This document shows, piece by piece, positions 23,971-38,409 of a DNA stretch of 64,000 nt. A program made the position numbers and the translations under genes. The DNA is taken from assembly GCF_009914755.1 (NCBI RefSeq), contig NC_060927.1; one strand, written 5' to 3'. This DNA comes from the human T2T-CHM13v2.0 reference genome, Homo sapiens. Position 1 is the first letter of the stretch, and every line of letters begins with the position of its first letter. The notes beneath the pieces are model-generated. The model worked only from the letters and a program-made list of their open reading frames with translations. It was not told the DNA's origin and searched no databases.

Positions 23971-25616
23971 CTAAATTTAAAAAGACAACATTAGTAGGCA
24001 GATGATGTTGTTAGCACCACACGAATTAATTCAGGAAGGTGCTACCTCCAACCACCTACTCAAATCCTGGTGTCAAGCATCAGGAACATATCTACATTTC
24101 ATTATCCTTCACTACTAAAGAAACAGTCCAAGTAAGTGTTCATTGGCGTCTACGATGAGTGAGTCTTCTGTCAAACTTGACAACATATAAGATGTAACAT
24201 TTACTCTTAAAGAATGTAGACTCTCTATTCCACCCATTCTATCCTTTTACTTCCATGTGTGGTTTAAGAAGGACCTGTGATGTTTGTCAGTGGCCTTGGA
24301 CAATGGGGAAAATGTGCTTCATCCAATTGAACAATATAAGTGTGGTGTTTAAACTCAAATCATAAGAAGTAACTCATCAATCACATTTTCTAAACTAGAA
24401 AGAAAAATCCCTTCATGCAACTTGAAAAAAAAATTAACTGAATAAAGAAAGATAATTTTTAATCATTTTAATTTATAATAGGGCATATTGTTCTATTGTG
24501 TCTTTTTAAACAAAGCTTAACACCATGTTTTCATTTCAATTCATATCATTGTAGTTATCTGAGTGCAGTGTAATTTATCTCATTGTAGTGATCTTATTGT
24601 ACTGACCTACCTTGTTACAAGTGACCATGCTGATTGTAATTATTTTTAGAAGATATTTCTGAATGTCAAATGTCAGAAAGTACTAGGGTTTTTTTTTTTT
24701 TTAAATATAGTGCTTATTTTGGGTTTGTTATAACATAAAAATTTTAAGTGGCATTGTTAGGATATATAAAAGTTTTTGCTTTTATATTTTATAAATACAA
24801 GGAAAAATTCTGAAGTATTATAGTTCGGTCATCAGAGAAAAGGAATTTGCACAGAGGTATCAAACTGCAGGCAATCAGGAATAGCAATAACATTCGAACT
24901 AGAATACACTGAGACCCGAAAGGTCTCAGTAGTCAAGCAGGCTTCTTGTCCGCTAGCATGTGTTATTTTGGGAATTAGAAAGAATGCCCTTCTAAAGGGC
25001 AAAATAAATGTTCGGAAAAATCAAACATTTTCATCAAGGAACTGAATCTAATCTCTTAACTGATGGAGAGGCACAGGCAGGGGGCCTTTCCCTTGCTAGG
25101 CAGCAATGACACCAGAGGCCAAAGGGGCCAGACTGAACCGGAATGTCTGCAGGCCCATATGCCGGGAGGTGAGTCAGAAAAGGTGTTACACACAAGAGGG
25201 AGTAGAGACAACAGTTCAAGCTGATGTGCAGAAATACAGCCTTGAATCCAAAAAAAAGTAATAAAAATAAGAATGAGCAGAACAGCATGGTATAATCAGA
25301 CAGGGAGTAGAAGGGTAAGACTGATTGATTATGTGGAAGACCGTTAGCTAGCAGATATTGCTTTCATGGGCTGTAGGACATGGACATTGGATGGAGTGGC
25401 CCTGCTGAAAGGGCCAGCAATAGAATCAACCCTTCTAAAGCCTCAAGATCACCTTTCCAGGATTTGATAGGATTAGAACTTCCTTGGATTTGCAAAGTTA
25501 AAAACACACATCTTTTCTTTTGAGACTATAACCGTTCTATTGTCCCAAGTTTTTGTTCTATTATGACTTGGCTTTAATTTAACATATTCAACTCAGACCA
25601 TTTAGAAGAAAAGGCC

Positions 25617-26124
25617 TCAAAGGGCCTCCTGCCACCATTCACGGCACCCAGGCTGTTTGTGCTGAGGGGGTGCCTGCAGGCCCATGCTGAGCCACCACCC
25701 TCGGTCCCCACTCAGCCTGTCTCCGATGTTCATCGGCACCCAAAGTCCAGAGGGGGCCGAGGCAGCGTGGGACTGGTGTGTTAGCACTACCCCATGCATG
25801 TGCACACCCAGCTGGGTTGTGACAGCACCCAAGCTTAGCCACAACTTTGCTCCAAAATCAGAGTGGGTGCCGGGAGTCGGGGAGACCAGGCAGTGGGAGC
25901 AGTTATTCCGAGCCTGCAGGGCAAAGGGGGTTTCCTGGGCCTCCCAGAGTGCAGAGATGCCTGGATCTGCAGCTGTGGCTGGGCAGCTGCAGCTGCCCCT
26001 GGAAGGGCAGGGCTCCCACCCTTCCAACTCAGAAGGGAAAGAGCTCCGGCCTATTCTCAGCTCCGGCTCAGTGGAGTGGATAGTCCTGGCCACGCCTCCC
26101 CGACTGCCATCACTGCTGCCATCA
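25617..26124 (-). mobile_element. MER52-type ERV1 LTR fragment
   Basis: GC-rich, ends ctgctgccatca (reverse complement of the MER52 start), cagagatgcctggatctgcagctg motifs. Confidence 0.75.
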
Positions 26125-26190
26125 CTGTGTGATGGGGTGAACCTGTTTAATAGAGCAGCTTAAAGAGAGTTGTCACTGAGCTTTACGTAC

Positions 26191-26436
26191 CTTAATTGGC
26201 CCCAAATATCCATTGTCCACTTTTTAGCCAGATGCTATTTTCCATTGAGCTCATTCCCTTTGATGCCTTTCTGTGACGTTTGTGCTTTTCTTTTGTATCC
26301 TAGAGCCAATATATTCCAAGTGCTGACTCTGAAATGTGACGGTAGAATGCTTCTCCATATTGCACAGCAATAGTAGAGACAGGAACTGTCAATTACTTTT
26401 TCGAAAATGGTGTATTATGACAAGTGGAATATTTGT
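26191..26436 (-). pseudogene. Putative relic exon (246 bp, phase 1-1)
   Basis: Acceptor attttatag and donor AAG|GTACGT. Reads KYSTCHNTPFSKK*LTVPVSTIAVQYGEAFYRHISESALGIYWL*DTKEKHKRHRKASKGMSSMENSIWLKSGQWIFGAN* with no frameshift. Confidence 0.55.
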
Positions 26437-27706
26437 CTATAAAATATATATAGATTCAAATATATTTCATGAATTTTTCACCTGGCCATTAGCTTTGCAG
26501 GCAATAGCCAGTGGTCAGTGGATCTGGGTGAAAGCATTTGCTCCCTGATTATAAATTTGATAACTTCAATGAGGGATAACATAGAAGTGGAAAACTGTCT
26601 TGATAGATAGTGGTTTCTTTAATAGTCTCCAAATGAGTGATTGTGCCCTTGGTGTCTATTGTTTACAGGCAGGTAACATGTTCCAGCCCTCTCTGGCTGA
26701 GGGTCAGAAGTGGTGAAGAGGAGGCCACTAATCCAGATGGGACATTCTCATTTAGCACATGGGGAGATGTTCTGTCAATAAGGTCAATTTTAAGTGTGCC
26801 AGCTCAGGTAAAGAGGCTTTTAGGAAGGATACTTGGGCAGCCCATTGAATCAAAACAAGAATTCATTGACTTTGACTCCTGTACTCCACCAATAACATGA
26901 CTCAGACATACTAACTTAGACTCTAATTTTAATAAATTATTTATTGAAAAAAAAGTGTATTTCAACCTGTGGGTGGATTCTTTTTGTCCTCCCCTGATTC
27001 AAGCAGTTGTTACTGGAGGGATGGGGTAAGAATCACTGTTCTAAAAGAGCCACCAGGACTATGCCCATAGAGAGTCACTTAAAAAAAAGTATGAATGTAG
27101 AGGCAAAATTTGTCATCACTGTTACGTAATCCCTGCCCTCAAGATGTTTGCAATTCTCGGAAGCAGGTATGCAAACAAAGAATTGCAGTATGTTGTCATG
27201 GATACTAGGGTATATGTACACTCCTGTTTTCCACATCTGAAAATCTTCTTCTGTACAGTGGATTTACAAAAAAACTGTTCTTTATGGCTCGACCTATAAC
27301 GACTCATTGATGAAGTTACTGTACACACTATTATGTTAGAATTTTGTGTCTGTGTGTGTGATCTGAGTCTTTAATAACTTGATAGAAAAGGGGGGGATGC
27401 AGTTTAAAAGCCTTTATCAAGAAAACATTAAAATGGATGACTTCTATTTGGATTCTAAATTTACCACTTAAGTGGTGTCCCTAATTCATGATGTGACTTT
27501 ACGTAAATTATCTAACGTCCCTGAGCCTATTACCTCATTTAAAAAATCAGGTGTTGAGTTTATATAGTAGTCACATTCTTTAGCTTAAAAACCTATAGTT
27601 TTCATCACCGGATTGAGATAGGAGAAGCTAGTATAATACTGCAAACCAACTCCACCCTCCCCACGTACACATAGTCAATAAGTTATTTATAAGATACATT
27701 TTCATC

Positions 27707-28118
27707 TGCGTAGGCTGAAAAATGACCTCTCCACAAAAAATCCATTTCAAGTCCATAGAACCTGTGAATACTACCTTATTTGGAAGAAGGATAGTTATGT
27801 TGAATCATCGTGGATATCTGGTTGGGCACTAAATCCAAAGACAAGTGTCCCTGTAAGTGACATATGGAGAATACGATGTGATGACAGAGGGAGAAAGTGG
27901 AGTAATGTGGCCACAAGCCAAGGAAGCCAAGCAACGCCAACAACCACTGGAAGTAGAAAGGATTCCCTCCTAAAGCCCCAGAGAAAGCTTGGCCCTGCCC
28001 CTGCAGGCACCTGGATTTCAGACCTCTGGCCTCCAGAACTGTGAAAGAATACATTTTTGATGTTTCAGGACACAAAATGTGTGGTTGTTTGTTACAGCAG
28101 CCACCGGAAACTAATATA
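27707..28118 (+). mobile_element. MLT1C/D-like solo LTR
   Basis: gaacctgtgaatact...ccacaagccaaggaa...ctggcctccagaactgtga...tttgttacagcagcc. Confidence 0.85.
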
Positions 28119-28700
28119 CCATCTCTCTGGCTTTTGCTCAGATAATTTCCTCTGTCCTTTCTCCATGAGTACAGATGAGAATCCTACCTATCACCAGAGC
28201 ACCTGTTTCAGTATCACCTCCTTGGTTAAAGACCTGTGCCTCTCCCCAGACCCAGCAAAAAGGATTAATCTCACCTTCCCCTTTCTCCCTATGGCATTTA
28301 TTTATGTATCTGTTAAAACACTTCTAATGTTCCATAATTTACCTATATACCTTGCCTCAGGGCCTAAACTAATCACTGAAATAGAATCAGCATTATGTCA
28401 GTATTTCTTGTGCAACTATGGGAGTGTGACGTATTAATGCTGAAATAGGGTCACTCTTCGGGGAACTGCATATGGTGCCAGTGTCTAACTAACTTGCCGA
28501 ATATTTGTGTACTTATATGGAAGTGACTTTATAGATTCAATGTCTTAAAACTAGGTGAGCGGGTAGCTTGATGGAATCAGAGTGACAGGAAAAAGAGGAG
28601 GTTCAAAAGGAACTTTATATACTAAAGTTACATTAATAGCTCATTAATTAACTACACATCTCTTAAAACACAATAGCCACATTATTTTTGTTTACATTAC

Positions 28701-28893
28701 CTGGTTTATGAAAAGGGAAGGCTGAGGAGATATGAGGCATGAAGGCACACATCTTCTGTAGCAGAATGTGAGCCATCAGAATGAATGGGGTGTATTTCTT
28801 CCTACTCTTCAGTTAGTTCAGAGGCAATTGTCTGACATACTGGTTATGTGGGATTTTATATGGGCTGATCTCAACTACAAGAATCCATGTTTT
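28701..28893 (-). pseudogene. Putative relic exon (193 bp)
   Basis: Acceptor ttttctccataacatcag and donor CAG|GTAATG. One frame has a single stop in 64 codons. Frame is ambiguous. Confidence 0.35.
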
Positions 28894-30311
28894 CTGATGT
28901 TATGGAGAAAATGCAGACAGCTCTCCTTTTACAGATAAGGAAATTAAAGCTGCAAACAACCACATACTTTCAAGTCACTTTGCCTCTCTGAAACTGGATT
29001 TCCTCATCAGTCTAAAGAAGAGTTAACACACCTACTTGGAGAAGCTGCCAATCTTACATTATCTTTTGAAAAATGCCTCCCATTGCCATGTCACACTTAT
29101 ACTAGAAGACTCCATTTCCCTGGTCATCTCTGAGTAAAACGAGAGTGAGGCATTATTTGGCCACTTAAATGTTAATTGTTATCATGTAGAAATTCCTCAT
29201 TGTATAATTATGTTTTAGCAGAGTTTCTCATGCCTAAAACCATACCCATGTTTCACAGTGTGTCATTCTTTACATACTTGAGCTTAAGTATCTCCTTTAA
29301 AAATCTCTTTTTAAAATGGCGCCTAATTATTTCCAAGGAAGAAAATAATGTTTATAGCTTCAGCTTCAGGAATTGTATTTCAAGAAAAAAAAAAGATCAA
29401 AGTACTTGGAGAAGAAGAAAGCTGCTTTCCTTAAAAAAAAAAAAAAAAAAAGCCCACTTGAAACAAACATTAAAAATATATTTAATTCCCAAAGGAAACT
29501 TCTGAGAAAAACATAAGCAAATGAAGAAGTGTGTTTAGAAGAGAAACTGTGTTTCAATCTAGTGCTCTAGTTTCTCTGTGAATGCTGTAACATGCATTTT
29601 CAAAAGGATAACAGCTATAAAACAAGAGCAGGTACAAGGGCCAGGGGTGGCCACATGGATTGGCTGACTTTATTCACACAGAGACAACATTGTGAAAGAT
29701 GCATCTAAAGTGCTGAGCCCAGGTGGATGCCATCGGGAGCTGGACTTAGAGATCCCTAGGAAAATATTCATTAGTCCCAGCCCTGAAACACGGGAATAAG
29801 AACTCTGAAATAATAAAATAGTACAGCCTTTTTCGAAACATGCCATCATAGAGGAACAAAAAGCTGGGTCATTTCCTAAGTGATTTAATTGTTTAGCAAA
29901 ATGTAGTGACTATTCTGTGCAAATACATGTTCCAGGTTCTGTAGAAGGTAGAAAGATGAGTTATAATGGATTGTACAAGGGTGAGGGAGGAAGAAAGAGG
30001 AAAGGAAAATGGAGAGGGATAGGGGTCTCTGGGGAACGATGTGAGGTGTGTTGTACGAGTTTGGATCCAATATAGACCAAGAAATTCGAGGTTCCAAACT
30101 AAGAGTTGCTTTAGAGGTGGCGTCTCTAAATTATGTTTCTAAGAACCTCATTCTAAGCCCCATTTTGAATTCAGGATGAGGGAGGTTGTTTGAAAATTTC
30201 TTTAAATATATGACAGACATGCCCTACATCAAGGGGTATCACTGTGATAGATTCTACATCTTGGCACTTGTTCAACAATTTGAAGTCAAAGAATGCACAG
30301 AGGTGAGGAAG

Positions 30312-30495
30312 GCTAATATTCTCCGAGTGCAGGCTCTCTTCTAGACACTTTAAATCTGTTATCTTGTTTAACCCTCAAAACAACCTCATGGGATATATTT
30401 TATCTCCATGTTTAAAATGGGACACTGAGACAGAAAATAATTAAATAACTTAACCAAGATTCCGCCATTGGTTAGTCATAGAGCCAGGATTCCAT
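30312..30495 (-). mobile_element. MIR
   Basis: tttaaccctcaaaacaacc...cactgagacaga...aaataactt...agagccaggatt. Confidence 0.7.
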
Positions 30496-30718
30496 ATTCT
30501 CTGTATGTCTATCATGCAAATTCTCAAAGAAAGATTTAGTATCAAATTTTATTGTTGCTGTCCTTGTTTTCAATCAAGATCAATGGTTAATGTGTCCAAG
30601 GTAAATCTGGTTTCACTATTATTGTGCTGTGTGCCTCTGACCATGCCTCTGCCAGGGGCAACCTAGTAGTTCAAATCTGTAGATGTTATTCTCTTCTAAA
30701 TAGTGTCTATAAGTGTCT

Positions 30719-31700
30719 GCATTTCACCCATTTGTTTAACAAATATTTACTGAGCTCTTTCAGCGTGTTAGGCCAATATTCAGGTGCCTTACACATACAC
30801 ATCTGTGAATACAACGAACACAAATTCCTGTTTGCAAGGAGCTCACATTGTATTCGGAGAGAGATGGGAAATAAGTAAAAAACACAATAAGAAAGCAAAG
30901 TATATAGCATGTTAAAAATTTATAAATTCCATGGAAAAAATAACCAAAGACATCAGAGCAGTTGGGAGGGACCTGGAAGGCCAAGAGAGAGGATAGGAAG
31001 CATGGGGCTTCAGTAGCTAGGGCAGGTTTCATGGAGAATAAAAATCTGAGCAAACCCTGAAGCAAGCGAGGGATTTGATGAAGCTCAAGTCAGAGTTAAA
31101 GTGGTTATTAGAACAAACACAATAAGGTAACACTGTCTGGGTTTTTAGAATGTTAAGGAAGCCAGTATGGCTGGCACAGAGAAAATAAAGGGGAGAACAG
31201 GAAAAGATACATTGGATGTGGGAGGAACAGATCATAAAGACCTACCAGCTCATTGCCTGGAGACTTTTATTGTGAGTTCAAATGGGGAGATGATGCAAGA
31301 TTTTGAGAAAAGATATGGTATGACTTAGGTTTTGAAAAGACTATTGTGTCCACAAAATACACAGGAGGCTAGTGAGATAAGGTTGAAGTGTGACTACCTG
31401 TTAGTTGACTGTTGCAATAAAAGGTGAGAGATGTTAGTGGCTCAGACCAGGGTGAGAACAGTGAAGGAGTGAAAACTGGTTAAATTCTACATATTTTATA
31501 GAAGTAGAGTCCATAGGATTTTGAGGTGGATTCTACACCTACAAAGATGGGAGAAAAAGTGAGGATGTAAGAATGACTAAGTTTTTTGGCTGCAACAACA
31601 AAAACAATGAAATTGTTATGAAATAAAAGGGAAAGGTTGCAAAACATAACTGAGAGGAGCAATATTTTTTGACGAGTTGAGTTGGAGGTATTTATTTGAC
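30719..31700 (-). mobile_element. L2 (L2a-like)
   Basis: tttaacaaatatttactgag antisense tail followed by about 1 kb of L2-like body. Confidence 0.8.
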
Positions 31701-31714
31701 ATTTTTAGACATTG

Positions 31715-31985
31715 TCTGTTGTTGCATTACAAATTATCACAAACTTCACAGCTAAAAATAACATCCAATAATTAGCTTTCTAGGTCAAAAGTCCAGGTGG
31801 GTTTGAGTGGATTCTTAGTTTAGGATTACACAATGCCAAAATCAAGGCCTCATCCAAACTGTGTTCTTATTCATGGGCCCTGGGAAAGAATTCATTTGCA
31901 GGTTGATTCAGGTTCTTGGCAAAATTGAGTTCTGTGTGTTGATAAGAAATCTACTTCAACTTCAATGGCAAGCTGTGGCTGCTCC
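31715..31985 (-). mobile_element. MLT1E/F-like LTR fragment
   Basis: acaaattatcacaaactt...aaaatcaagg...gattcaggtt...aattgagttc. Confidence 0.6.
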
Positions 31986-32919
31986 CTGAATAGTTCTTTT
32001 TTTTTTGAATCCTAAATGGTGCCCACTATTCTCACCAACATTAAATAGGTCTGTGTCAAAAAAAAATTACATTCTTTTTTTTATTCCAAGAAAATGTTTA
32101 TCAGATATAGTGCTAAAATTCAGCCTCCGCAGAAGCAGAAACCAGGCTGTTCAGTGAGAGATATATTGAGCATGTCTTCTGGATGGAATAGTAAGTAGTT
32201 AGGAAGAAAGCACTAGGACTTATATCACTCATCGTCTGGTGAATTAATTAACCTGAGGCTTGACTAATGGGAAGCTATTTTGCCGTTAAGGGTGATTAAT
32301 TAACAAATTCTTCTACTTAGAAATTAGTGCTTATATATGCACATATGCATATATATATATATAAATATATCAATGTGTGTGTATAAATTGTACTATTAAG
32401 CATAATTATTTAAAATATTATTTTCAGACTATTTTAAAATAGTTTAAATGATTTAAATTAAAAGCAAAGAAATTCCCTCTTCCTGGAAGTTTCAGAGGCT
32501 AATGAATCGTCCCCATGGTCATGTGAAATTGACATTCAGCAGAAAAGGAAATGAAGCCAGGTGAGTCTTTTCTTGTCCAAATCATTAGGTTTAATGCTAC
32601 AGGACACAGGACAAATGAACTATAGAAGTAATTGTGAGTCATGGTTTTGTCACATGACATACTCTTTATCTAAGCAATGGGAAGGAGATGGGTGGCGATA
32701 AGAGGGAGAGGGTACTGTGAACAGCTGCCAGATGATTTCTGTTATGTTTAGTTCAGCTTGAATTAGGAAGAAAGAAGAAAGGAAGAAAGTCTTGTGTTTA
32801 ATGATGAATAAATATTGTTGTATCAGATGTTAAGATTGACCTTAACAAAAGCAAGAGCATCCAGAAATCTAAAGGAAGGACATTACTCAGGTGATAATGA
32901 ACCTAAAACTTGTGTTCAA

Positions 32920-33248
32920 GAAATTCAGATTATTTAGCCTGAAGGTGATTTTAGGGATGACACTAAAGGGGTAAAAGCAGCTATTTCCTAGTTTTTAAAG
33001 AATCATTTCGATGAAGAAAGAAAATATTTGTTTAGCATCATTTTAAAAGACAGGATTAGAATAAATGGTTGAAAATTAATATTATCTAAAGCAGTTGAGA
33101 TGAAGAATAGGCTTTCAAAAAAAACTGAGAATTATATAACTTGAAGTATTTAAACAAAACCTAGGATACACATTGGTGAAGAATGTTTGTTCTTTGTGTT
33201 TTTTATACTAAGTGATCTTTTAGCCTGATCTGGATCTGAGATTCTAAT
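32920..33248 (+). mobile_element. L3/CR1 3' end remnant
   Basis: tttagcctgaag...aatggttgaaaatta...ctgagattcta tail. Confidence 0.45.
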
Positions 33249-33405
33249 AACTTATGAAATAAGATCATTTTAAGGTCATGTACTTGATCTCATTACACCT
33301 GACACTTCAAGTCTCTAATGTAGTAAGTGTTGTGGTGTTATGAGGTGAAAGTTACTAAAGTTGCTTTTAAAGACCTGTTATCCATCTATCTGTCACGATA
33401 TTCTA

Positions 33406-33868
33406 TGTCAGAGACTGCTAGTTTCCCCCCAAAATGTATTCTCGTTTTCTCTCAAATGAACACAAACCCAGAATTTTAGCTGGTCATTGCTTCTGTTGTA
33501 GCTAGCTTTGACCATGTAACAAAAATATAGCCGAAGGGTTGTAAGTGGGAGTAGTAAGTGACAATTTTTCTAAACCCTTCTGAGAGATAGCAGCTTGCAC
33601 CTCTGTCACTTTCTTTATCTTGTCCTCCATCCTGTTGACATGATGATGTCTGTGGATGCAGAGAACCTTTTAGATGCTTTTCTTGTAAATGGAGGCCATC
33701 CCTGATGAAGAAACAAAATAGAAAGAGCCCATATCTCTTGAAACTTAATGGAGCAAAGCTTGACTGCTTGTATCCAGACTTTTTCATGAGAGAAAAATAA
33801 ATTATTATTTATATTGTAGTGTCCACTTTTTGTCTGTGATACTCATGCCTTAACTATATACTGATATA
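33406..33868 (+). mobile_element. Old MLT1 (H-J-like) LTR
   Basis: tgtcagagactgctag...gaccatgtaac...atgagagaaaaataaa...ctgatata. Confidence 0.6.
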
Positions 33869-34241
33869 TGGCTATATGATAAGCCTACAGCTATTTGTAC
33901 AGCAATTCCTAATTGATAATAGGAATTAGTCATAGAAGATGGTTAAAGACATTGCAAAAATACGCAGTTTTACATTTATTAAATACTACTTAAATTTGTT
34001 CAAAATTTACACTATTTTCCAGCTTATCAATGATCTGAGAACTCTTATTTCTTTGTTTATTTCTAAATAGTAAAGCTAACTGTGCAACAGTTGCATCTGT
34101 TGTCTTCAACATTCATAATATAGGACACCATTCCTTGGGATACCTATCATTTAACTAGAAACAGAACCAATATTATAGTACCCTAGAAGGCTCAAGAGCA
34201 CTCAGGGGAGAACCGCTAGCTGATTCAACTATATATTAATA

Positions 34242-34565
34242 CAGTCATGCACTGCACAATGACGTTTTGGTCAGTGATAGATCCCATATATGACAGTGGT
34301 CCCATAAAATCTTAATACCATATTTTTCCTCTACTCTTTATATTTACATGCAGAAATACTTTCCATTGTATTACAATTGCCTAGAGTATCTAGTCCACTA
34401 ACTGGTGTACAGATTTGTAACCTAGGAGCAATAGGCTGTGTCATATAACCTAGGTGCGTAGCAAACTATACCATCTAGGTTTGTATGAGTTTCTATGATA
34501 TTCACACAATGATGGGATCACCCGGTGATGCATGTCTCAGAAAATATCTAAGCAATGCATGACTG
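34242..34565 (+). mobile_element. Tigger3a (MER7A) MITE, full length
   Basis: TIRs cagtcatgc...gcatgactg flanked by TA dinucleotides. Confidence 0.9.
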
Positions 34566-36430
34566 TATATATTCTGCAAACATCCTCATGGGACTCTGTA
34601 ACACTATAATTTAGTGACTGTGCTATTTAGACTATGTAGATTTTATGTATTTATAGACAGGAATATCCCATGTTTGGATAAATTTATTATAAAAAATTTT
34701 AAAAATAAACATCCTGTTGGTATCTCTTATAGATAAGAAATATTTTATGTAATTGATGTAGCATAGCCAATAAACCATGTCAACCTTTCTAGCACTGTCC
34801 TTTAAATGAACTTTACATAAGCCCAAGAAAATATCTCAGATGAAAAAAAGAATATTTTACAGGTTCAAGCATGTTTGATGAGATTTCAAGGCTTATTCTC
34901 TATCAAATCACTAGGGCGCCTCCCCAGGACCCACATTCTGCCTTCTTTACAGTGAAGTCATGTAATCACTTGCAACTTAGGTTAACTATGTGTTAACAAA
35001 TGTCAGAAACTAATTTTTCGTATGAATTCTAAAAATATATTCATTTTAAAAGGTTTAAACTTTAATTGTGTGTGTGTGTGTGTGTATATATATAAAAATA
35101 ATGAACTAGGTGCTATATAGCAAACCCAGAACGCATAAACTTTTCCTTCCAAAATAGTTAACACTGGAGTAGCAGTGCAGTGCATTTCAGAGGTACACAG
35201 AACAGATTCTTTTTTCAAAATGCACGCACCCAGGTCCTACACACAACTTGTTGAATCAAAACCACAGAGTGGTGTACTAACAAATTTGCCCAGATTATTC
35301 CAATGAAACCACCAATATTTTGAACTACTCTTCAAAAAAAAGAGGGAGCAAAATATTAAACTGCCTGTCTCAGTTAAATGTTTAAAAGCATATTATGAAG
35401 TAAAACACAATCAACTAGGACCCTCCAATAAGATATATAAGCCTCTGCTTAATTTTTTAATGGAAAGGAAACATTAGCAAAATGCAGTGTAATATTAGGA
35501 GCTCATTTGAAGGTTCAACTAATGCAGCTTGCCCTGATCTCTTTGCAGATTCAGCCTTACCTTTTTGTCTCCTATAACTGCAAGCTAATTGGATGAGAAC
35601 TGATGTGCAACCCGGTGATACTCAGGTGCTGCAGGGTCTTAAATTATCAGAGGAATTCAGAGATGTTCACTCTGTAGAAATCACTGGCAAAGGAAAAAGG
35701 AATAAAAATATTTAAACTATTTCTCGATAACAGTGAAAATAAGTGATTTTTTTGTATTTAGGTAGATATTTCAATTAACCAGAGTTAATTCTTCAGCCAC
35801 ATTGTAATTGAAGTATTTATACATTATGCATTTGACCTGGTACTTATGTAACTGTACATATATTTTACCTTGGAAACAAAACTGATATATATTATATGTT
35901 ACCATACATTGTGCAAAAAACAAGCAATGTTTCTCTTGTTGTGGAATGATTTGCCTTTGCAGCAGGCTGAGCTAGAAAGGATGTATACGATACCTTGTTT
36001 CTGTTTATGGAAAACATGGTTAAAAACAAAGAATTAAAGTGTGTTTTTAATATGGCATTAAAACATTCAGATCTGTATTTTGGCTTGCATAGTCAAAATA
36101 GAACGTTAAAGAATTAGGGAGAAATAACGACGTAATTAATGAAACTACATATGTATCTATATATGTAATAGTGAATTGATCTTTGGTCTTTCAAGAGTTA
36201 TGAAGCTAATGCTAATGCTAATTTACTACTGTCTCTTTGATTAAATCCCAGCTAAAATTTTATTCTGATGGCTTGTTGATGGAGTATATAATACAACATT
36301 TTAACAATAGTGCAGCCTGTAGTTAGTAGAGAATAATCTTTGCCAAGTTAATGAGAAGGAAAGTAGTTAGAGAGTCACACAGCTAAGTTTGCCCTGATGA
36401 TTTTCTCGTTTTATTTTGTTGTTGTTTTAT

Positions 36431-36475
36431 TTTCTTTCTCTTTCTTTCTTTCTTTCTTTTCTTTTCTTCCTTCCT

Positions 36476-36530
<55 letters not shown>

Positions 36531-36544
36531 CTTTCTTTTTTTTT
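36431..36544. repeat. (TTTC)n tetranucleotide microsatellite
   Basis: Direct reading. Confidence 0.97.
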
Positions 36545-36854
36545 GTCTGTGTGTGTAATGAAGAAACAGTGAGAATTTTCTGGACTAGAAAGATTTTTCT
36601 TGATGTATATATGCACCACTGGGCCCTTTCCAGCACTCAAGCGGGGTAAATCCACCATTTCTTTGGTCTGATGTAAGGTGTTCAGGGAGATGAGTTACTC
36701 TCTGTGGGTGAATTATCATAGCAGAAATAGGAGACTTCCTTGGAAGCATAAGAATATAAATAGGATATTTTACATTGCTGTTGTTGCAGAGTGTGTTGGT
36801 AATAACTGTTCTGTGGTCATCTTGGGAGCTTCAGTCAAGAAAAGCATTTTAGAT

Positions 36855-37119
36855 CATGCCTTTAATTGAAGCATTTTGGGAGGCTGAGGACAGAGGATCA
36901 CCTGAATCCAGGAGTTTAATATCAGCTTAGGCAACATAGCCAGATTCCTGTCTCTACAAAAAGCTAGAAAAATTAGCCAGGTGCAGTTGTGAGTTCCTGT
37001 AGTCCCAGCTACTCTGGAGGCTGAGGCAGGAAGATTGCTTGAGCCCAAGAGTTCGGGGCTACAGTGAGTCATGATCTCACCACTGCACTTCAGCCTGGGT
37101 GACAGAGCAAGATCTGTCA

Positions 37120-37146
<27 letters not shown>
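36855..37146 (+). mobile_element. AluJ, slightly 5'-truncated
   Basis: gattgcttgagcccaagagttc J-type right arm, long polyA. Confidence 0.9.
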
Positions 37147-37150
<4 letters not shown>

Positions 37151-37200
37151 AGCATTTGTTCTGACTATACTTACATAAAATGATGGCTACAAGAATCATC

Positions 37201-37589
<389 letters not shown>

Positions 37590-37622
37590 ATCACCTTGTG
37601 ATCAGACAAGCTGAGGATTGCT

Positions 37623-37847
37623 CAGAGTTTCTCAGCTTCAACACTATGGAGATTTTCTTCTGATAATTCTTTGTTGGGAGGGGAGGCCTGTCCTGTGCAT
37701 CGCAGGGTGTGTAGCAGAATCCCTGGGCTCTACCCACAAGACATGTGAGTTGCACTCTTTCAACCTTGCTGTGACAGCCACAAAATGTCTTCAGACATTG
37801 TCAAATGTCTTTTTGAGGTTAAAATTGATCCTGATTGAGAGCCTGCT
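37623..37847 (+). mobile_element. MER20 (hAT-Charlie)
   Basis: gataattctttgttggg...ctgtcctgtgcat...aaaatgtcttcagacattgtcaaatgtc. Confidence 0.85.
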
Positions 37848-38409
37848 AGGTACCTAGTGACCAAACTCACAGAATTTTCAGAAAATGGATTGGTTCAGTC
37901 TTCAGCCTCATCTAATGAAGTGAGTATAATCAGTGAGATTAAAAACAACAACATATTGATATAAAATATAAAATTTGATGTATTTTTTTTCAAAAGCTTG
38001 GTGACAATTTTTGTTTGTAAACTCATTAGGGAAGGTTTTATCTCATACACATTCAATCATTAAAAGTCTAGTAACATAACTCACATTATGCCATTACTAC
38101 CTAGTATCAGAGATTAGTAAAAATTATATCCTTATTAAGAAAATAAATAAAAGGCAAGATGGTATTTATTGTGCATAAATAGTAAAATTCAGGGGGTATA
38201 ATTAGAATAAATCATGGTATTGGATAAAAATGAATATATATAATTATGGAGATTCCTAAATCTTGCTTAATGGTGTCAAAGTTGAAGCAAATGCTAGCAG
38301 GACAGACAAAATCAAACTTCAAATGACATATTTAAAGAAGAGAGCTTAAACGCTGGAATAATTTCCCATTATTCTTTGTATTTAATTTGTAACTAAATTC
38401 TTAAGGATA

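Noticed and set aside
24900-24935. CTGA...GAAA hairpin as a hammerhead ribozyme
   Set aside because: Lacks the CUGANGA core and three-stem junction.
25617-26163. Overlapping 158/159-aa ORFs, the longest in the track
   Set aside because: They lie within a GC-rich MER52 LTR, where stops are naturally scarce on both strands.
24060-29330. Additional small exon candidates (24611-24658, 26482-26544, about 27220-27327, about 29278-29322)
   Set aside because: Compatible with the relic gene but too short or with weak sites to support individually.
36383-36658. KKER-rich and FFLS-rich ORFs
   Set aside because: Translations of the (TTTC)n microsatellite.
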